Assembly (NCBI GenBank): GCA_965214935.1
Contig: CBDCCS010000018.1
Coordinates: forward strand, 429,122 to 493,121
From: Candidatus Velthaea sp.
Lineage (GTDB): Bacteria; Vulcanimicrobiota; Vulcanimicrobiia; Vulcanimicrobiales; Vulcanimicrobiaceae
Length of the DNA stretch: 64,000 bases
Direction: 5' to 3'
Both the position numbers and the translations under genes were made by a program. This document shows, in pieces, positions 10,646-21,166 of this stretch (positions are counted from its first letter, which is position 1; each line of letters begins with the position of its first letter). The notes beneath the pieces are model-generated. The model saw only the letters and a program-made list of their open reading frames with translations. It ran no database searches and was not told where the DNA came from.

Positions 10646-12625
10646 ATGCAGCAATGGCACTTCGGGCGTGAGGTATGCGGCGATTTCAACGTCGCTCAGG
10701 CACGCGAATGGATCGTCACGAACGGCCGCGGAAGCTATGCTTGTGGAACGGTCGCCGGCAACCTCACGCGCCGCTATCACGGCCTGTTGATCGCCGCGCT
10801 TACTCCGCCGGTCGAGCGCCGGCTCATTGTTGCCAAAAGCGAAGTCAGCGTCATGTACGGCGGTCGCCGGTATGCACTTGCAACGAACCGGTGGGCGAGC
10901 GGCGCAGTCGAGCCGTGCGGTTATCGGCTGTGTGAATCGTTTGCACTCGAAGACGGTGTTCCGACGTGGACGTACGCTTGCGCCGACGCATCGATCGTTC
11001 AAACGATCGCTATGGTGCACGATCGCGATGTGACGGCACTTGGTCTGCACGTGAAGCGCGCGCAAGCGCCGCTGCAGTTCGAATTGCGCGTGCTCGTTGC
11101 CGATCGCGACCACCATGGCGGTACGCTGCCCGAGCCGCATACGTTTGCGGTCACGTGTGCGGAGGGCGCGGCGACCGTCGCGTTGCCGGCATGCGGCCGA
11201 ACGTTACATGTGACGGCGGCCGGAGCGACGTTTCGCGAGTTGCATGAAGCGTACCGCGGCTTCGATCTCGCGCGCGAAGCTGAACGCGACCTGCAAGCCG
11301 TCGACGACTACGCGTGTGTGTTGCAGCTCGCGTTCGAGCTCGAACCCGATGCACGCGGCGGCTGCGTTTTCGCGCTCGACGGCGCAGCGAGCGACCCGCC
11401 GCAAGCGATTGTAACGGCGGCGCGCCGGCGGCACCAAGCCGTCGTCGACGCGCAAGCATCGCCGCTCATCGGACGGCTTGCCGCGGCTGCCGATGCGTTC
11501 ATCGTTCGGCGCGGCATCGACGAGGACGCCGGAAAAACCGTCATTGCCGGTTATCCGTGGTTCGCCGACTGGGGTCGCGACACGATGATCGCGCTGCCGG
11601 GTTTGGTTTTACGCACCGGCCGTCCGGAATTAGCGCGTGAAATCTTACTGACGTTCGCCCGCAGCATCGACGGGGGGATGTTGCCCAATCGGTTTCCCGA
11701 CGACGGGTCGGTCGCGGAATATAACACGGTCGACGCGGCGCTGTGGTTCATCGAAGCGGTCCGCAGTTACATTGCCGAAACCGGCGATTTGGAGTTTCTG
11801 CGCACCCTGCTACCCGCGCTCGACGCAATCGTCGATGGTTACGTCAACGGGACGCGGTACGGCATCCGGGTCGATGGTGACGGACTGGTGCAAGCCGGCG
11901 TTCCCGGCGTGCAGCTGACCTGGATGGATGCGAAGGTCGGCGACTCGGTCATTACGCCGCGCATCGGTAAGCCGGTCGAAATCAGTGCGCTCTGGTATGC
12001 GGCGTTGCGCGCGATGGAAACGCTCGGGCCGGCCGCGGGTTCCAGCGCTAAACGCTACCGGACGCTCGCCGAGCGATGCGCGCGCGGGTTGCAGCGCTTT
12101 TGGAATGCGGAGCGCGGTTACTGTTTCGACGTCCTCGACGGCCCGGGCGGCGACGATCCGGCGTTGCGGCCCAATCAGCTTTTCGCGATCGCCTTGCATG
12201 CAAGTGCCTTCGATGCAACGCAGGCACGTTCGATCGTGGACGTCTGCGCGCGCGAGTTATTGACGTCGCATGGTCTGCGAACGCTGGCGCCCGGCGATCC
12301 GGCCTATTGCGGCCGGTACACCGGCAGTGTCGCTGCGCGCGACCGGGCGTACCATCAAGGGACGGTTTGGCCGTGGCTGATCGGTCCGTTCGTGCGCGCG
12401 CACTTGCGCGTGTACGGCGATCCGGTGCGCGCACGCAGCTTCGTTGCACCGCTGGTCGACGCGCTCGGCGGCTACGGCATAGGAACGCTGCCCGAAATCT
12501 TCGACGGCGATCCGCCGCACGCGCCGCGCGGCGCCGTCGCGCAAGCGTGGAGTATCGCCGAACTGATCACGTCGCTCGTCGAAATCGAAGCGGTCGAAGG
12601 CCGAACGCCGGCGCCCGTGGTTTAA
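10646..12625 (+). CDS. Amylo-alpha-1,6-glucosidase (archaeal-type glycogen debranching enzyme)
   Basis: REWIVTNGRGSYA, RRYHGLL, IAGYPWFADWGRDTMI, TWMDAK, LRPNQ, YHQGTVWPWL, QAWS. Confidence 0.9.
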   Translation: MQQWHFGREVCGDFNVAQAREWIVTNGRGSYACGTVAGNLTRRYHGLLIAALTPPVERRLIVAKSEVSVMYGGRRYALATNRWASGAVEPCGYRLCESFALEDGVPTWTYACADASIVQTIAMVHDRDVTALGLHVKRAQAPLQFELRVLVADRDHHGGTLPEPHTFAVTCAEGAATVALPACGRTLHVTAAGATFRELHEAYRGFDLAREAERDLQAVDDYACVLQLAFELEPDARGGCVFALDGAASDPPQAIVTAARRRHQAVVDAQASPLIGRLAAAADAFIVRRGIDEDAGKTVIAGYPWFADWGRDTMIALPGLVLRTGRPELAREILLTFARSIDGGMLPNRFPDDGSVAEYNTVDAALWFIEAVRSYIAETGDLEFLRTLLPALDAIVDGYVNGTRYGIRVDGDGLVQAGVPGVQLTWMDAKVGDSVITPRIGKPVEISALWYAALRAMETLGPAAGSSAKRYRTLAERCARGLQRFWNAERGYCFDVLDGPGGDDPALRPNQLFAIALHASAFDATQARSIVDVCARELLTSHGLRTLAPGDPAYCGRYTGSVAARDRAYHQGTVWPWLIGPFVRAHLRVYGDPVRARSFVAPLVDALGGYGIGTLPEIFDGDPPHAPRGAVAQAWSIAELITSLVEIEAVEGRTPAPVV

Positions 12626-12888
12626 GCGCGGCGGTCGAACGACGGCGCCGGCCGTCCGGCGTGCGGCGGACTCGACGGCGCGTAGCGGATATCGGCCGGA
12701 AGTTGCGCGACTTGGGCGATGATCTCGCTCTGCGGCGCACTCGGGGCATCGGATAGCGCCGGACTCAACGGGCTGCCGCCGTTTGAAGTCGGGGTCGTTG
12801 CCGCGGCCGCCGGTGACGTGCCGGACGGGCCACCATTACCATACGCCGCGCGACTTGCGGGGACGGACTGGACTGCCGATACATCCAT
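12622..12888 (-). CDS. Small Pro/Ser/Ala-rich hypothetical protein
   Basis: 88-aa ORF with AGGAG RBS about 9 nt upstream and a sigma-28-type promoter. Confidence 0.6.
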   Translation of the reverse strand: MDVSAVQSVPASRAAYGNGGPSGTSPAAAATTPTSNGGSPLSPALSDAPSAPQSEIIAQVAQLPADIRYAPSSPPHAGRPAPSFDRRA

Positions 12889-12921
12889 GTGACAGAACTC
12901 CTAACGGACGCACCTGCGTCA

Positions 12922-13806
12922 CTAGCTTGTATCGGTTACCTGCGCCGGCACTTTAGTGCGTTCGGCGCGCAGCGCTACGGCAATGCCGAGCGTCACGAGG
13001 AGCGCTCCGGCAATTGCCGACGGCGCGAGCCGTTCGTTAAAAATTCGCGCGGCAAGCGCGGCGGCGATCGCCGGCTCGATAAGCGTCGATGTCGCCACCA
13101 ACGTCGCGCTGAGCGTCCGTACGGCCGCATTGAGCGCAGTGTGACCTAAAAGTTGCGAGACGACGGCCATCGCCGCGATCGCCGCCCAGGCGCGCCCGTC
13201 GCCGAGGGCCGGAATTTTATCGTGCCCGGCGACCGTCAGCGTCAACAAAACGGCGGCAGCGACCGGGTACGTGCGGCCGACGACGGCGAGCGTGCCGTAC
13301 CGTGGATCGCCCGCGCGCACGATCAGCAAGTAAACGCCGATTGCCAGTGCACCCGCGAGTGCGAGCGCTACGCCGAGCGGCGTCCGTTGGGCGCCGGGCC
13401 GTCCCACGACGAGTGCGACCCCGCCGAGCGCGAGCAGCAAGCTGACGACCACATCGCCGCGCAGCCGCTGCGTGCGAGCCACCGTAAAAGCTTCGGTCCA
13501 AACCGGAGTCGTGCAGACCAGCAGAGTCGAGATTGCGACGCTCGTGTAACGCAACGATGCGATCCAGCAGGCAAAGTGCAGCGCAAGTGCCGCGCCGGCG
13601 AAGCCGAATCGCCATTCGGCGCGTTGTCCGTACGAGCGGTATGCGCCCGTTAGCAGCGCCGCGACGCCGACCGGCAACGCCGCGATCGACATGCGCAACG
13701 CCGAAACGGCGATCGGTCCGCCGCCCTCGAGCGCAAACCTGGCAAAGATCGCAGCTGCGCCGATGGCGATTTGTGCCAACACCAGCAGCGCAAAAGCGTT
13801 GCGCAT
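12922..13806 (-). CDS. DMT/EamA family transporter
   Basis: About 10 hydrophobic helices in two EamA repeats (ALHFACWIASLRYTS; LGHTALN...IEP). Confidence 0.88.
   Translation of the reverse strand: MRNAFALLVLAQIAIGAAAIFARFALEGGGPIAVSALRMSIAALPVGVAALLTGAYRSYGQRAEWRFGFAGAALALHFACWIASLRYTSVAISTLLVCTTPVWTEAFTVARTQRLRGDVVVSLLLALGGVALVVGRPGAQRTPLGVALALAGALAIGVYLLIVRAGDPRYGTLAVVGRTYPVAAAVLLTLTVAGHDKIPALGDGRAWAAIAAMAVVSQLLGHTALNAAVRTLSATLVATSTLIEPAIAAALAARIFNERLAPSAIAGALLVTLGIAVALRAERTKVPAQVTDTS
12929..12955 (-). promoter_or_regulatory. Sigma-28 (FliA/SigD)-type promoter
   Basis: Minus strand TAAA-N15-ACCGATAC versus consensus TAAA-N15-GCCGATAA, upstream of the 88-aa ORF. Confidence 0.6.
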
Positions 13807-13865
13807 CGGGCTTGCGGCTTCGGCGCGCCGCGCGGCTGCCCCGCGTGGCACGCGGCCGGTCATCC

Positions 13866-13894
13866 TTGACAGCGGCGTATCACAAGCGTAGCGT
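13866..13894 (+). promoter_or_regulatory. Sigma-70 promoter for the TPP riboswitch/thiC leader
   Basis: TTGACA-N17-TAGCGT immediately upstream of the aptamer. Confidence 0.7.
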
Positions 13895-13904
13895 AACTTC
13901 TAAA

Positions 13905-15803
<1,899 letters not shown>

Positions 15804-15867
15804 CCGTGCGTTAAAGTCTGGCTAGGAGTCGAGGATAAACGCTTACGGCGGCCAAGGCGAGCGCGTT

Positions 15868-16797
15868 ATGCCGGTTTCGAGATTTTTGTGGCCGCTGCTT
15901 GTTGCCGGGCTGACTGCCTGCTCCGGTAACCTTGGCGGCGGTCAGAGTACGCTTCCAGGCGCTCCGCTGGGCACCAACAGCGTTCAACAAGCGCCGCTTC
16001 CGGCACCGACCGCTTCGCCTGTTTCGGCGTCGCTCGTGGCGTCGGTCGGCGATTCGCTCGACGCTCAACCGCTGCCGTCGATCATGGGCTGGGGCGGCAC
16101 GATCGCATTTACCAAGCCCGTACCGTCGCCGTCGGCGAGTCCGAATGCAAAGCAGAGCGCCGTTCCGGACGCCGGGCCGATCTCGGTCGGCGTGACTGCA
16201 GCGGTCGTCGAACCGGCCGATGCGCCGCACTTTGCCGCCGCTGCCAAAGGCAAAGGCGTGTCCAAGGGGTTGCTGTACGTCAGCCTGCTGCCAACGGCCG
16301 ACCTGACGCTCGCGCAGTACCCGAAGATTGCCGTCGATGTTCCGCGCGACACGGTCGCGAAGTACCGCGATCGTCCGTTCGCGCTCGCTTTGTACGATCC
16401 GGAGACCAAGGAGAAAACCTACCGGCTTGCAGTCGCCGAGCGCGATCTGGCGAGTCCGGCGCCTAGCCCATCATCTCCGGCTACCGCCACGCCGGCTCCG
16501 GTGATCTCGATGAATCCGGGTCAAATGCAGAATCCTACGGCGCTTACGCCGCCGCCGGTCGGCTCGGCGTTAGGCGATGCCATGCTGCCGCCGGAGCGCA
16601 TTGCTTTTCTGCCGACGGCGTCGACGCTCGTGCTGCGCGCGAATCGCCCGGTCGTTTTCGTCGTTTACGCCGCGCCTGCAGCTTCACCGCAACCCAGCGC
16701 CAAACCGAGTGCCGGATCGTCGCCCGCCCCGGCGCCTTCGAGTTCGCCGTCACCCGCGCCGCGTGTAAGTCCGACCGCCGTTCCGTCGCCCGCCTAG
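15868..16797 (+). CDS. Putative Pro/Ser-rich lipoprotein
   Basis: Signal peptide with LTAC lipobox; PS/PA low-complexity linkers around globular segments. Confidence 0.7.
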   Translation: MPVSRFLWPLLVAGLTACSGNLGGGQSTLPGAPLGTNSVQQAPLPAPTASPVSASLVASVGDSLDAQPLPSIMGWGGTIAFTKPVPSPSASPNAKQSAVPDAGPISVGVTAAVVEPADAPHFAAAAKGKGVSKGLLYVSLLPTADLTLAQYPKIAVDVPRDTVAKYRDRPFALALYDPETKEKTYRLAVAERDLASPAPSPSSPATATPAPVISMNPGQMQNPTALTPPPVGSALGDAMLPPERIAFLPTASTLVLRANRPVVFVVYAAPAASPQPSAKPSAGSSPAPAPSSSPSPAPRVSPTAVPSPA

Positions 16798-16958
16798 AAG
16801 CCCGCCGTTCGTAGGCCGTCGGTCTCGCCGGCAAGCGAAGAACGCACTTGCTCGCGCTGATGTGAATGCGAACTTCACGGGTAAGCAAATTGTAAGCAAG
16901 TCGTTTTCCTACGTGTCTTGCGGGCTTTGTGGTGCGGCAACTGCCGCAGGAGCGACTG

Positions 16959-18134
16959 TTGAAAATTGCTCTCGCTACGATGACGGCTAACGTGCTTTGC
17001 TCGCCGGGCGGAGCGCAAGGTAGCGGTCAACGTGTCCGCATCGCCGCGCTTGCCCAAGCGTTGGCGGCGGCGGGCCATGCGGTAACCGTCTATATGCGCC
17101 GCGCTGATCCCACGGTTCCCGCCCGGCTCGACGTTGGGAAATTCGCCGCAGTGCAGGTCGACGCCGGAGTAGCCGGGCCGCTTTCGGGCGGCGAGCTGAC
17201 GGCCGCGGTCGCCCAATTCGAGCAGCAGCTTACGCTGGAGTTGAATGCCGCTCCGCCGCATGTCGTGCACGCCTTCGACTGGCTCGCCGGGCGGGCAGCA
17301 ATCGTTGCTTCCGGCGGCGGTGGCCGGCCGGTCGTCGTATCGGCGGCGCCGTTCCCCAGCATCGCTGCAGCCGACGACGGCAGCGCGTCCGCAATCGTCA
17401 TCCGCCGAGCGGCGCGAATTATCGCCAATTCGAGCGCGCAAGTCTTTACATTACTCGGTCTCGGTGCGAGACCCGGGGCGATCAAATTCGTTCCGTCCGG
17501 CGTGGATGTCGAGCTCTTTGCGCCGGTTTTGCCGATCGTGCGTAGCGGTAAGCGGTTTCGCATTGCGACGCTCGGCGGTTTAGGTGTCGCTCACGGTGTC
17601 GCCGACGTTATCGAAGCATTGGCCGAGTTGAGCGATGTCGAGCTTGCCGTCGGCGGTGGTGACGCGCAACAAGCGGAATCCGCCGGCGACGACGTCGCAC
17701 GACTCTGGGCCCTTGCGCGGCGGCGCGGCGTCGCGGACCGGGTGACCTTTTACGGACGCATCGCGCGTAACGATGTGCCGGCGTTTCTATGCGCGTCCGA
17801 CGTCGTGGTTTGCGCGCCGCATGCCGAGTCGCTGGGACTCGTCGCGCTCGAAGCGATGGCATGCGGCGTTCCGCCGGTTGTTTCCGCAGTGGGCGGCCTC
17901 GTCGATGCGGTTAGCGACGGAATGACCGGCATCCACGTTCCCCCGCAGTCGCCCCGGCAAATTGCCTATGCCGTCGACACGCTTCGCGCCGATCCCGTGC
18001 GGCGGGCGCGTTACGGGCGAATGGGAATCGAGCGGGCGGCTTCGCGGTGTTGGCCGCGCATCGCCGCGGCAACCTTGGACGTCTACGACGGCGTTGCGCC
18101 GAAACCGGAGCTATTCGTTCGCACTCGCTCGTAG
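16959..18134 (+). CDS. GT4 glycosyltransferase (MshA-like)
   Basis: GSGQRVRIAALA, VPSGVD, ESLGLVALEAMACGVP; AGGAG-N6-TTG start. Confidence 0.85.
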   Translation: MKIALATMTANVLCSPGGAQGSGQRVRIAALAQALAAAGHAVTVYMRRADPTVPARLDVGKFAAVQVDAGVAGPLSGGELTAAVAQFEQQLTLELNAAPPHVVHAFDWLAGRAAIVASGGGGRPVVVSAAPFPSIAAADDGSASAIVIRRAARIIANSSAQVFTLLGLGARPGAIKFVPSGVDVELFAPVLPIVRSGKRFRIATLGGLGVAHGVADVIEALAELSDVELAVGGGDAQQAESAGDDVARLWALARRRGVADRVTFYGRIARNDVPAFLCASDVVVCAPHAESLGLVALEAMACGVPPVVSAVGGLVDAVSDGMTGIHVPPQSPRQIAYAVDTLRADPVRRARYGRMGIERAASRCWPRIAAATLDVYDGVAPKPELFVRTRS

Positions 18135-18184
18135 CCGCCCTGCGGCCGACTGTACTTTCATCGCGAGCTGCCGATGATTGACAC

Positions 18185-18580
18185 ATGGCGCTACATGAAG
18201 TCGCTGATCTTACGGTGCGGTTCGATGCCCCCGATCTCATGGCGGCCTTGCAGCGCTTAGAGGCCCAAGCCGAGCAGTACGATGCGTTAGCCTTTGGTTT
18301 GATCGTTATGGATGCCGACGGCATCGTGCTTGCTTATAACCAAGCCGAGTCGCGATTCGCCGGCATTCCGCCGGAAAAAGCGCTCGGTTACGACTTCTTC
18401 GCCGACGTCGCGCCATGTACGAACAACTACCTCGTCGCCGGCCGGTACGAAGAAGAGTCGCTGCTCGACGAACAGATCGACTACATCTTCACCGTGAAAA
18501 TGCGTCCGACGCGCGTGCGTCTACGCATGCTCAAAAATCAAAGCGCCGGCCGCCAATACCTTGCCGTTCGATGGACGTAG
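18185..18580 (+). CDS. pyp: Photoactive yellow protein (PYP) family PAS protein
   Basis: DALAFG..D.DG...YNQAES...G..FF.DVAPCTN...YIF..KMRPT aligns by eye to H. halophila PYP with Y42, E46, C69, F96 and M100 retained. Confidence 0.85.
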   Translation: MALHEVADLTVRFDAPDLMAALQRLEAQAEQYDALAFGLIVMDADGIVLAYNQAESRFAGIPPEKALGYDFFADVAPCTNNYLVAGRYEEESLLDEQIDYIFTVKMRPTRVRLRMLKNQSAGRQYLAVRWT

Positions 18581-19866
18581 CCGAACGCGCGACCGCCGAC
18601 ATTGCGCCTGCGGCGCTCGAACGCGAGCAGATCGAACTGCTGCAACTGCTCTACCTGTGCCCCGTAGCGATCGCGCGCCTCAATGCCGTCGGAAAGATTC
18701 TGCTGATGAATCCGTACGGTGCCCAGCTGCTTATGCCCGTCGCGCAGAACGGCGCGTTGCATAATCTCTTCGATCTGCTCGAACCGCTGGCACCCGAAGT
18801 CGCCGAAATGGCGCGGCGCTTCGAGGGCCGCGCGGGCAAAGTTTGCGACGAACATCGGGTCACGTTTCCGGGCCGAACGTCGGGCGCCGCAACAACGATC
18901 GTCGCCGTAACGCTGCAAAAGGTCGACCCCGATACATTTGTCGCGGTCATGACCGACGTGAGCGCGGCAGCAAACCGCGAACGTTTCGTCCGGCTAAGCG
19001 AAGAGCGGCTGCACGCCGTGCTCGACGGCTTGACGCAATACTCGGTTTGCACCGTCGATCCCAACGGAATGATAACGAGCTGGAACCGGGCCGCGGAACG
19101 GATGGACGATTACCGCAGCGACGAGACGATGGGACGGCATATCGACATGCTCGTCGGCCGCGTCGGAACCACGAAAAGCCCGATGAGTAAACGACTCGAC
19201 TTGGCGCGGCGTAACGGCTCGCATCAATTCGAGTCATGGCGCGTACGCAAAGACGGTCGTCAGTATTGGGCCAGTACTTCGATTTCCGCGCTGTACGACA
19301 AAGACGGAACGTCGCCGTTAGGTTTTTCGATCATTGCCACGGATCTCACCGAGCAACGCCGGGCGGAAGACCGGCTGCGCGTGCAGGCATCGATCGATCC
19401 GCTCACCGGCGCGCTCAATCGAAGATCGTTCTTTGAGATCGCGCGACGCGAGCGAGCGCTGGCGGCGGAAAATCACGAATCGGTCGGCATGCTGTTGCTC
19501 GACGCGGACCACTTCAAAAACGTCAACGATACGCACGGACATGAAGCCGGCGACCTTACCTTGCAACGTATCGTCGAAGACTGCCGCCAAGAGATTCGCG
19601 CGCAAGACGTTCTAGGCCGATTCGGTGGCGAAGAGTTCGCGGTGTTCTTGCCCGGCTGCGACGTGCAAGCCGCGCGCGATGTGGCCGAACGCGTCCGCGC
19701 GCGGATAGCTGCGGGCAGCGGTCCGCACATCGTGCCGTGTACGGTGAGTATCGGCGTCGTTGCTTGCCAAGATGCCGCAGAGAGCGTTGAGGCGTTGATG
19801 CGTCGCGCCGACGCTGCCATGTATGTTGCGAAGGATAAGAGCCGAAACTGCGTGGTCGTCGCGTAG
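18571..19866 (+). CDS. PAS-PAS-GGDEF diguanylate cyclase
   Basis: SWNRAAE...WRVRKDG PAS/PAC; DPLTG, DADHFKNVND, RAQD I-site, GGEEF; start overlaps the PYP 3' end by 10 nt. Confidence 0.92.
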   Translation: MDVAERATADIAPAALEREQIELLQLLYLCPVAIARLNAVGKILLMNPYGAQLLMPVAQNGALHNLFDLLEPLAPEVAEMARRFEGRAGKVCDEHRVTFPGRTSGAATTIVAVTLQKVDPDTFVAVMTDVSAAANRERFVRLSEERLHAVLDGLTQYSVCTVDPNGMITSWNRAAERMDDYRSDETMGRHIDMLVGRVGTTKSPMSKRLDLARRNGSHQFESWRVRKDGRQYWASTSISALYDKDGTSPLGFSIIATDLTEQRRAEDRLRVQASIDPLTGALNRRSFFEIARRERALAAENHESVGMLLLDADHFKNVNDTHGHEAGDLTLQRIVEDCRQEIRAQDVLGRFGGEEFAVFLPGCDVQAARDVAERVRARIAAGSGPHIVPCTVSIGVVACQDAAESVEALMRRADAAMYVAKDKSRNCVVVA

Positions 19867-19879
19867 TCGCGACGTCGTG

Positions 19880-20575
19880 CTAAAAGCTGCTACGGAAGGC
19901 CGGAATCGGCGCCAGCATCACCGCGTCCAATGCGAGTACCGGAGTCGGCGCCGCCGAGGACGCGTCCGCGCCGAGCGTGGCCTGACCTGCGTGACGGCGG
20001 TGCGCGGCATACGGGCTCCACGCTACGGCAACGCTGCTGTGAAGTTGCCGGTAGACGCGCAGTACCTTGACGACGTAGCGTTGCGTCTCGTCATACGGCG
20101 GAATGCCGCCGTACATCTTTACCGCATTTGGTCCGGCGTTGTAACCGGCAATTGCCTTCTCGAACCAATGCTGTTGTCCGCGAAAACGGTCGAGCAGCAG
20201 TTTGAGATAGTTCGACGTGCCGCGCAGATTCTCGGACGCATCACGCGGATTGACGCGCAGGCGTGCAGCGGTACCCGGCATGAGTTGGCCTAAGCCGCGT
20301 GCCCCGGCTCGCGACACGGCGTTCGCACGCCATGACGACTCGACGGTGACGATCGCCATGATGAAACGCGGATCGACTTTCGTGCGCTGCGCATCGGCGA
20401 GAACGGAGATTGCGTATTTGCGACGCTGCCAATCGGGCAACCGCGGATTCATGACGCGCAGGATCGTTGCGTACGCCCTTACTGCGCTGACAGAGCGCTC
20501 GCGAGCGCACACCGGCGGCGCGGCTACACAACAAAATGCGAGCGCCGCAATAAGCGGCACGATTCGGCGTGGCAT
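19880..20575 (-). CDS. Soluble lytic transglycosylase (SLT domain)
   Basis: Signal peptide; VESS catalytic Glu, GARGLGQLMP, AGYNAGP, ETQRYV. Confidence 0.9.
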   Translation of the reverse strand: MPRRIVPLIAALAFCCVAAPPVCARERSVSAVRAYATILRVMNPRLPDWQRRKYAISVLADAQRTKVDPRFIMAIVTVESSWRANAVSRAGARGLGQLMPGTAARLRVNPRDASENLRGTSNYLKLLLDRFRGQQHWFEKAIAGYNAGPNAVKMYGGIPPYDETQRYVVKVLRVYRQLHSSVAVAWSPYAAHRRHAGQATLGADASSAAPTPVLALDAVMLAPIPAFRSSF

Positions 20576-20690
20576 GCGCGTAGATTGTTTGTCGACGCAA
20601 ACGCAACCTGCGGCGCAGGGACTCCGGGTGATGCGGCGTGATAAGCGTAATGCCGTACGCTCGTGCGGCACTACCGGCTGGAGACAGACA

Positions 20691-21110
20691 ATGTCGTTTC
20701 TTAATAATATCGGCGGGTTACTTAATGAGTTCACGGGTGCCGCGCCCGAACAGATCGAATCGGCAACCGCCCAGCACGTCGACTCGATGGACAGCGGCGA
20801 ACTTGCCGGCCACCTGACGTCGGGTGCGCAAAACATGAACAGCGGTATGCTCGGCAACCTCGCTTCATCATTGTTGGGCTCGTTAAGCAATCACGGACAG
20901 AACGCTGCGGCCGTCGACGCAGCGGGCGTTTCGACCGATGCGGCGCAAAGCGGCGATCCAAGCGCAGTTACATCACTCATCGAGCATGCACAACAAAACC
21001 CCGGTGCGCTCAAGGATGCAGCAATCGACTTCATCAAGAATAACCCGCAAGCAGTCGAGCAATTTGCGCCCGGCTTTCTCAAGGGCATTCTTTCAAAGTT
21101 CAGCAGTTAA
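20691..21110 (+). CDS. Hypothetical helical protein (YidB/DUF937-like character)
   Basis: GGAG RBS; MSFLNNIGGLL... Gly/Leu/Ser-rich amphipathic helices. Confidence 0.65.
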   Translation: MSFLNNIGGLLNEFTGAAPEQIESATAQHVDSMDSGELAGHLTSGAQNMNSGMLGNLASSLLGSLSNHGQNAAAVDAAGVSTDAAQSGDPSAVTSLIEHAQQNPGALKDAAIDFIKNNPQAVEQFAPGFLKGILSKFSS

Positions 21111-21166
21111 CGCAGCCGCGTTCGAGCGGCCGAGGCGCCGCCGGCCGCGTGCATCGAAGCGCGTAA

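Noticed and set aside
16861..16879. Canonical CRP site TGTGA...TCAC
   Set aside because: The spacer is 9 nt rather than 6; kept only as a generic inverted repeat
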